From Penicillus capitatus (taxonomy: Eukaryota > Plantae > Chlorophyta), in NCBI GenBank assembly GCA_965649825.1, contig OZ287700.1, positions 434,001 through 498,000 of the forward strand: a stretch of 64,000 bases of DNA, given 5' to 3'. Positions within the stretch are counted from its first letter, which is position 1. Each line of letters opens with the position of its first letter. The notes under the pieces were generated by a model that searched no databases, was not told where the DNA came from, and saw nothing but the letters and a program-made list of their open reading frames with translations. Positions 58,700 to 64,000 of this stretch are shown one piece after another. The position numbers and the translations under genes were made by a program.

Positions 58700-61600
58700 T
58701 TAGGGTTTAGCATATCAACGGGAACCTCGTCTATCACTATCCCGTCGCCACAGACGCCACAAATCTATACTAATACTAATCTGCTTACACGCTTCCGACA
58801 TCTCGGGCTCTACACAGACACCCGACCCTCAAGTGCAAGCCCCTCGGACAGAAGACTATGCATTGTTGTTTTCGCAGACAGGCTGCATGCGACACATGAC
58901 GAGCCGAGCCACCGTCCTCCTTGTCTATCGGCGGGACAAGATTCACCGAAGAGATCTGTAAATCTCAGTTGCCTTAGGCCAATAGATGGCGGACGTGGTT
59001 GACGACGGAATGCGTCCTGGAACACCTTTCGCAAGAGTTTAACAGGCGTCGGAGATTTAGCGTCGCGACACAAATCATAGCTCGCGTAACGTAATGGAAG
59101 TGAGGATAGACTGCTTGACCAATTTTTGTAATCGTCACTCTTCTATACAGTGTGGCATCAAATGAGAAAAGTGTCAGAACAGTGGTTGGAGAGAATTCGT
59201 AAACGGTCACTCTTTTGAACAGTGTGACATTTCATTTAAAAAGTTATAGAACGGTGTTTAAGAAATCCTGTGAATTGTCACTGTTTTATACAGTGTGATG
59301 TTGCGACGTCCAGTGAAAAGTGTGACATCTCAAGAAGAAGTGTTATGATGGTGGTGCACGGAAGAAAAGATGCCCACCCCGCCACAGAGTCTGCATGCAA
59401 AGAATGAGTGAGAAACTGTGACTTTGCCATAGAAACACTTACGGTCGGCGAGCGGCGCCTCGCAGTGCGGCGCGGGCGGTCACCCCGAACAAGCACTGGC
59501 TCCGATTCCAGTCAGGGTGCGCGAGGAGAACGAGATGCAACCGATGATCGACTACTGGGAGGCAGGTCGTGCGGCCCTCGATGCGGCGACGCGTGGCGCG
59601 GACATGCAAGAAAGAGGTCCATGACATGAAAGGAGGAAAAGGGGGACCCGAGAAGAACACAGGCACAACAGGGAAACATCAAAGAAAGCAAACGAACACA
59701 TGCAGGTGAGAAAACAGACAGAGAAAAGGAAAACAACTGTTAAGAGCAAGAAACGCAGGGGAAACAGGCAAACAGGCAGCGAGGAGAGCACACGAGAGGA
59801 AGAGATGAAAAAACGGACAGGGGGAGACACAAGAGACACCCGGGAGGGAGGAAAGAGGAAGAAAATTCGGTCCCGGGTGTCTGAGAGCTGCACGTTACCT
59901 CCGTTCATCTACAGTGTACACCCGCCTGCCCCATGTGCGCGACCCCGAAAGGCGGGCAGGTCGCCAAGGCCCTACCCGCTGGTGCCGCGAAAGGGGTCGA
60001 CGCCGCTGCCTCGGGGTGGGAGGCGGATGCAGTTGGCTGGTGGACGGTTTCAGGTTCTCTGGGGTCTGGATGTTGATTCGGATGCGCTCCACGCTCCAAG
60101 GTCCATCCGACCTGCAGCCTGTCTCAGAGTCTGGATTCTCTGAGTTCTTGAGTTCTCGGCAGCTCTGCCCTCTCCAGTCCATCATTCTGCTCTTGCTCTC
60201 CATCTTCTTCCAGCTCTCTCTCCGGAACTAGTTTGTCTAAGTCCTTTTGCACCACAGTCACGCGTTTTCACTCCTTTTGCTCTTTTCTGTTAATCACATG
60301 TATAAGCAAGAACAGAGATGGATGGTCTTACTGTTGATTCGTGGATTTAGCAATAGGTGGTCTCCTGGCGGTGTGGAAGACAAAAGTAGAAACTGAGACT
60401 TTGTTGACTGGCCAACGCTCCACGGCAACACTGAGAAATCAGCTGACAAACTCAGGCAGGTTTCCAGGCTTTGTCTGTTTTATCCTCAGTGACCACCCGA
60501 TTTCATGCTTTCAGTTTGCGTTCGTTCGAGGAAGAATGACTGCGTCTGTGAATGACTGGAGTCCCTACAACTAGCTTTTTCTCCAGCCACGTGCTTGGAC
60601 GCATCTTTCCAGCAGAGAATGCTTCGTCTTGTCTCTGGACTGCAACATCGTTTAGAGAGGAGAGAGTGCAGAGGATGGGCTAACCTTCAATTGCATTCTT
60701 CAAATGGGTGCTGATGATCTCTGGGGCAGCCTGAAATCCGACTGCTTGCATCGGGTTCAGTCCAGGACTGCCTCCGTTGACAGCTCTCTTTAGGAGCTCG
60801 CGTCCCTTCCAGTGGTGTTGGTGGCCAAGGATGGAGTTCTGCCCCCTCAGATCGCAGTCCAACAAAGTACACACTGACGCCTGACAGAGAGAACCCTGAC
60901 TCAATTTGGACACATCACTTCTCTTCAGTAGATAGTAATGCGTCAGCCTTCAGCACATCCGTCAATTGCCTGGCAGAAAATGATCAGACGCACTCTAAGA
61001 CTCTATAAATGGCCTGCCTCATTAGGGGTGAGTGAGTCTTTACCGTGAGGACGATGTGGACAGATCCGTCCTGTAGATTCTGTCGATATGTGTTTGTGGT
61101 CACACTGATGCGAAGCTCCACGAGCCCCAGAGGGCCACCGTGTCAGATCACTTTTCTTCGATGGTCATGGACCCCTTGTTTTGTCTTGAAAAGTCGGGCC
61201 CTCTCCTTAACAGCATCCTTATCTTCATTGGGCCTAGAGACTAAACATCATTTAATCACGGGACTTCTTTCGGTGATCTCACTTATCAGGTGGAGAATTG
61301 TTGTTATTCCATCAAAGTCTCTCGACATATACCTTTCTGACATGCAAAAAAGAACAGTATGCCAGCCAAGACATTGGATCCTCGTCAGGCATGGCATCTC
61401 CAGACTGATGGCAAACTTTCTCTCTCGCAGCAGCGATTGCTCCCAAAGGCCATAGTCTCTGCTGGATGCTTAATGCGCGCGATGATGAAGAGACTGTGCT
61501 CCTTGTCCGCAGATGGATGCCTCGACACATGATGTTAACTAGACTTCTGACACTCCAGAGAGATCAACCACTCTGTCTTGGCAGATTTCGGACAGATTGG

Positions 61601-64000
61601 TCGTTGTCATTCTCCCAGAATGTCGAGTGAGAATCACTCGGAAAGACTTCTTTCGACGTGTTCTCTAAATTCTGAAGAAGCATGACATCTTCAAACTGAC
61701 AAAAGGCTTATTCTTGCACACACCACCCTCGACGACGAACCGCTTCCTTTGTCATATGATCCATGTCATCCTTCGTTGCTGTAACTGTCGGCTTGTTTTC
61801 CTTTTGGTTGATGCTTTTGTGCGCCAGCTGGATTTGAAGATCCCGCGAAATCAACTGCACCCATGTTCATCTTAAGCAGGAGGGTCTTTGATTTTTGTTT
61901 TCCGGCAGGAACCAGGATATCTTAGACCAGACTTGTCCACGAGTGCTTTTCAAACTCTTCCGAAGAGAGCTTTCATCTCAGACAATCGACGGGCTTCTGC
62001 AAGATGTCACATCTTCAAGCCAGAGAAGAGCTCCTTGTTGCAGAGATCTGTCCGGAAGATGATCCAGTTCCTCTGCCGAGTGTTCAGTGCCCGTGATGTC
62101 AAAGAACGGCGATCGTTGACTCAGGATGGATGCCTCCACACGTGATACCGGATTCCAGGAGTGCGGACGAGATCGACTGCATCAGCTGGGCTCTTCTTGA
62201 GCAGATGACTTCTGTTCTTAAAAAGATCGAGGATGCCTTAGGTCAGACTTCTCAGAAGATGCACTCCAGATTCCTTCGGCGCACTTTCAACACGAGGCAG
62301 CAAACCAGATTCTTCTCATGTGCAGAGCCTTCAAATTGACAAGGGGCTCCCTTTCTTGATGGCTCCATCGCTTTTGTAAGCGATCGATCCAGGTTCTCTA
62401 TCGAATTTTGAGACTCCAGGTGGGTGAAAACACTCCACTTGCCTATATGCATGCAACGACGTTTCCAAGCATCAAAATGGATCCAAAAACATCAGCGAAA
62501 AACTACTCCAGCCTCGTTCGGGAAGATCAATCTTGTTTCTGTGGACGATCGCATGTAAAGATGAGGTTGGTATCCAGTTGTCCTGTGCTCATTGATGCAT
62601 GATCCTCTACTTCGTCAGCTGCTTCTCCTCGACATGTTTTTTCTTCATCTCTGGCATGAACACTAGCCGGATCCTTGTCGGAGCATTCATTTCCTGTATT
62701 GTCTAGATCACAACACGCTAGAAGAACATGACAGGCCTTACGGTAGAGGATTCAATAAATGACTGTCCATGTCGGTTGTCTGGCAGCAAAGTATGCTTCA
62801 AAAGAGAGTCCACACTCGAAAGACCATCTCTCTTCATCAACATTGAATCATGGGTCTCTCCACTTCTCTGGTCAGCATGTGTAGTGTAGTCCGTGCATTC
62901 CCTAGCCACAGTCAATGCTCTCGGCCGATGTGATACGACCGCTGCCCATTGGTTGACAACAAGAACGGGTCCAGACTCCGACGACCATCATAAAACGGTC
63001 CATCGCCTTTGATTGGATGAAGTCGATGCAAAACTGGTTGCTTCTGATGACCGCTATAGAAGGACAGAAGAGTCAGGGATCTGAACAATAAACAAGAGTG
63101 ACTCACTTTCTTCGTGTCACCGAAGGATCCATCCAAACAGCAGTTCTTCAGCACAGTTTCAAGGCGACATGCCACAGGCTTTGTCGCACAAAGGGAAACA
63201 ATTTGAAGGGTAGATCCAGGAAAGGAAGTGATTTCTTGCAGCAGCACATGCGAAGCGGCATGTGGCCAGCCTTTAGCAGATGACAGCGAATCGGTCCATG
63301 CAGAGTGACATGCAGCCAGCCTCCAGCAGCAAATAACAGAAAATAGGACGAGGATGGCCTCCGGGCAGTAAAACAGCAAAAACAAAGGACCATGACAGCC
63401 CTCCATTCACAGTAAATAACATAAAATCGGTTCGGGCAAAGTGACAAGTAGCCAACCTCCAGCAGCAAATAATAAAAAGGACGACAGCCTCCAGCAACAG
63501 CATACAGCCTGACAGCCTCCAAGCAGCAAGTCAGAGAGTAGAACAACGAGGGCCTCCGGGTACAAAACCAAATGACCATGACAGCCTCCAGCCACAGCAA
63601 AGTAACAGGTAAGACCATACAGCCTCCATCAGTAAGTGATAGCAAATCGGACCGTGAGAGCCTCCATGCATCATAAAAAGGCAGACAGAAAGTAGGGCGA
63701 CAGACACCAGCCAAGGTACACAACAAAGCAGACAATAGGACGACCAGCGCCTTCGGGCAGCAAAAGAGCAAACCAAACGATCATGACAGCCTCCGGCAAA
63801 TCAGAACATGGCAGCCACCATCACAGTAAAACAGCAAGTAGGACATTAGTGCTTTCATGAGTAAATAGGCAGCAAGTCGGACAGTGAGAGCCTCCATGTG
63901 CCAGAAAATAGCAAAATAGCAAGACCATGAGTGTCTCCATCCACAGGAAAACAGCAAAGAAACCCGCTAGTCCTCATACCCAAAACAATGATAAACGAGC
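58700..64000. repeat. Dispersed repeat R, copy 2 (no Crypton; runs off window end)
   Basis: Collinear with copy 1 throughout, including the GCCTCCA minisatellite at 63270-64000. Confidence 0.85.

Noticed and set aside
61700-62600. Calling repeat R a LINE/RTE element
   Set aside because: Only loose resemblance (LDHLPDRSL, TWVQLISRDL); no RT catalytic motif found and the coding frame is ambiguous between copies.
63044-63050. Other CTGATGA matches (63044, 36419, and several in genes) as extra hammerheads
   Set aside because: No stem II followed by GAAA and no matching cleavage arm.
47500-64000. Hydrophobic Cys/Leu-rich ORFs (47754, 51791, 63148, 63531) as membrane proteins
   Set aside because: They are translations of the GCCTCCA minisatellite, with inconsistent frames between copies.

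Overview
Eukaryotic nuclear DNA, inferred to be from a compact-genome green alga (plant-type lycopene beta-cyclase, algal prolyl 4-hydroxylase, GlpF-like MIP, ~50-60 nt introns, standard genetic code). About 30 tightly packed housekeeping genes (FEN1, LCYB, GNA1, PEX12, ENDOG, SF3A3, RPL13A, ESF1, FAH, GMPP and others) are interrupted by three repeat-rich zones. (1) A gene-free island at ~28.0-33.5 kb holds four hammerhead ribozymes of one sequence family. On each strand a type III copy lies upstream of a type I copy, so self-cleavage would excise a 347-nt RNA (minus strand) nested antisense inside a 2,787-nt RNA (plus strand). The island also has a TATA/CCAAT promoter, a 300-bp duplication and a stepwise-evolving satellite. 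This is the best candidate for an undescribed system. (2) At ~43.5-52.5 kb, an unclassified dispersed repeat carries an apparently intact, intron-containing Crypton-type tyrosine-recombinase transposon. (3) A second copy of that repeat runs from ~58.7 kb to the window end. At least six introns need GC donors. All calls were made by eye; no database searches or folding programs were run, and exon boundaries are approximate.
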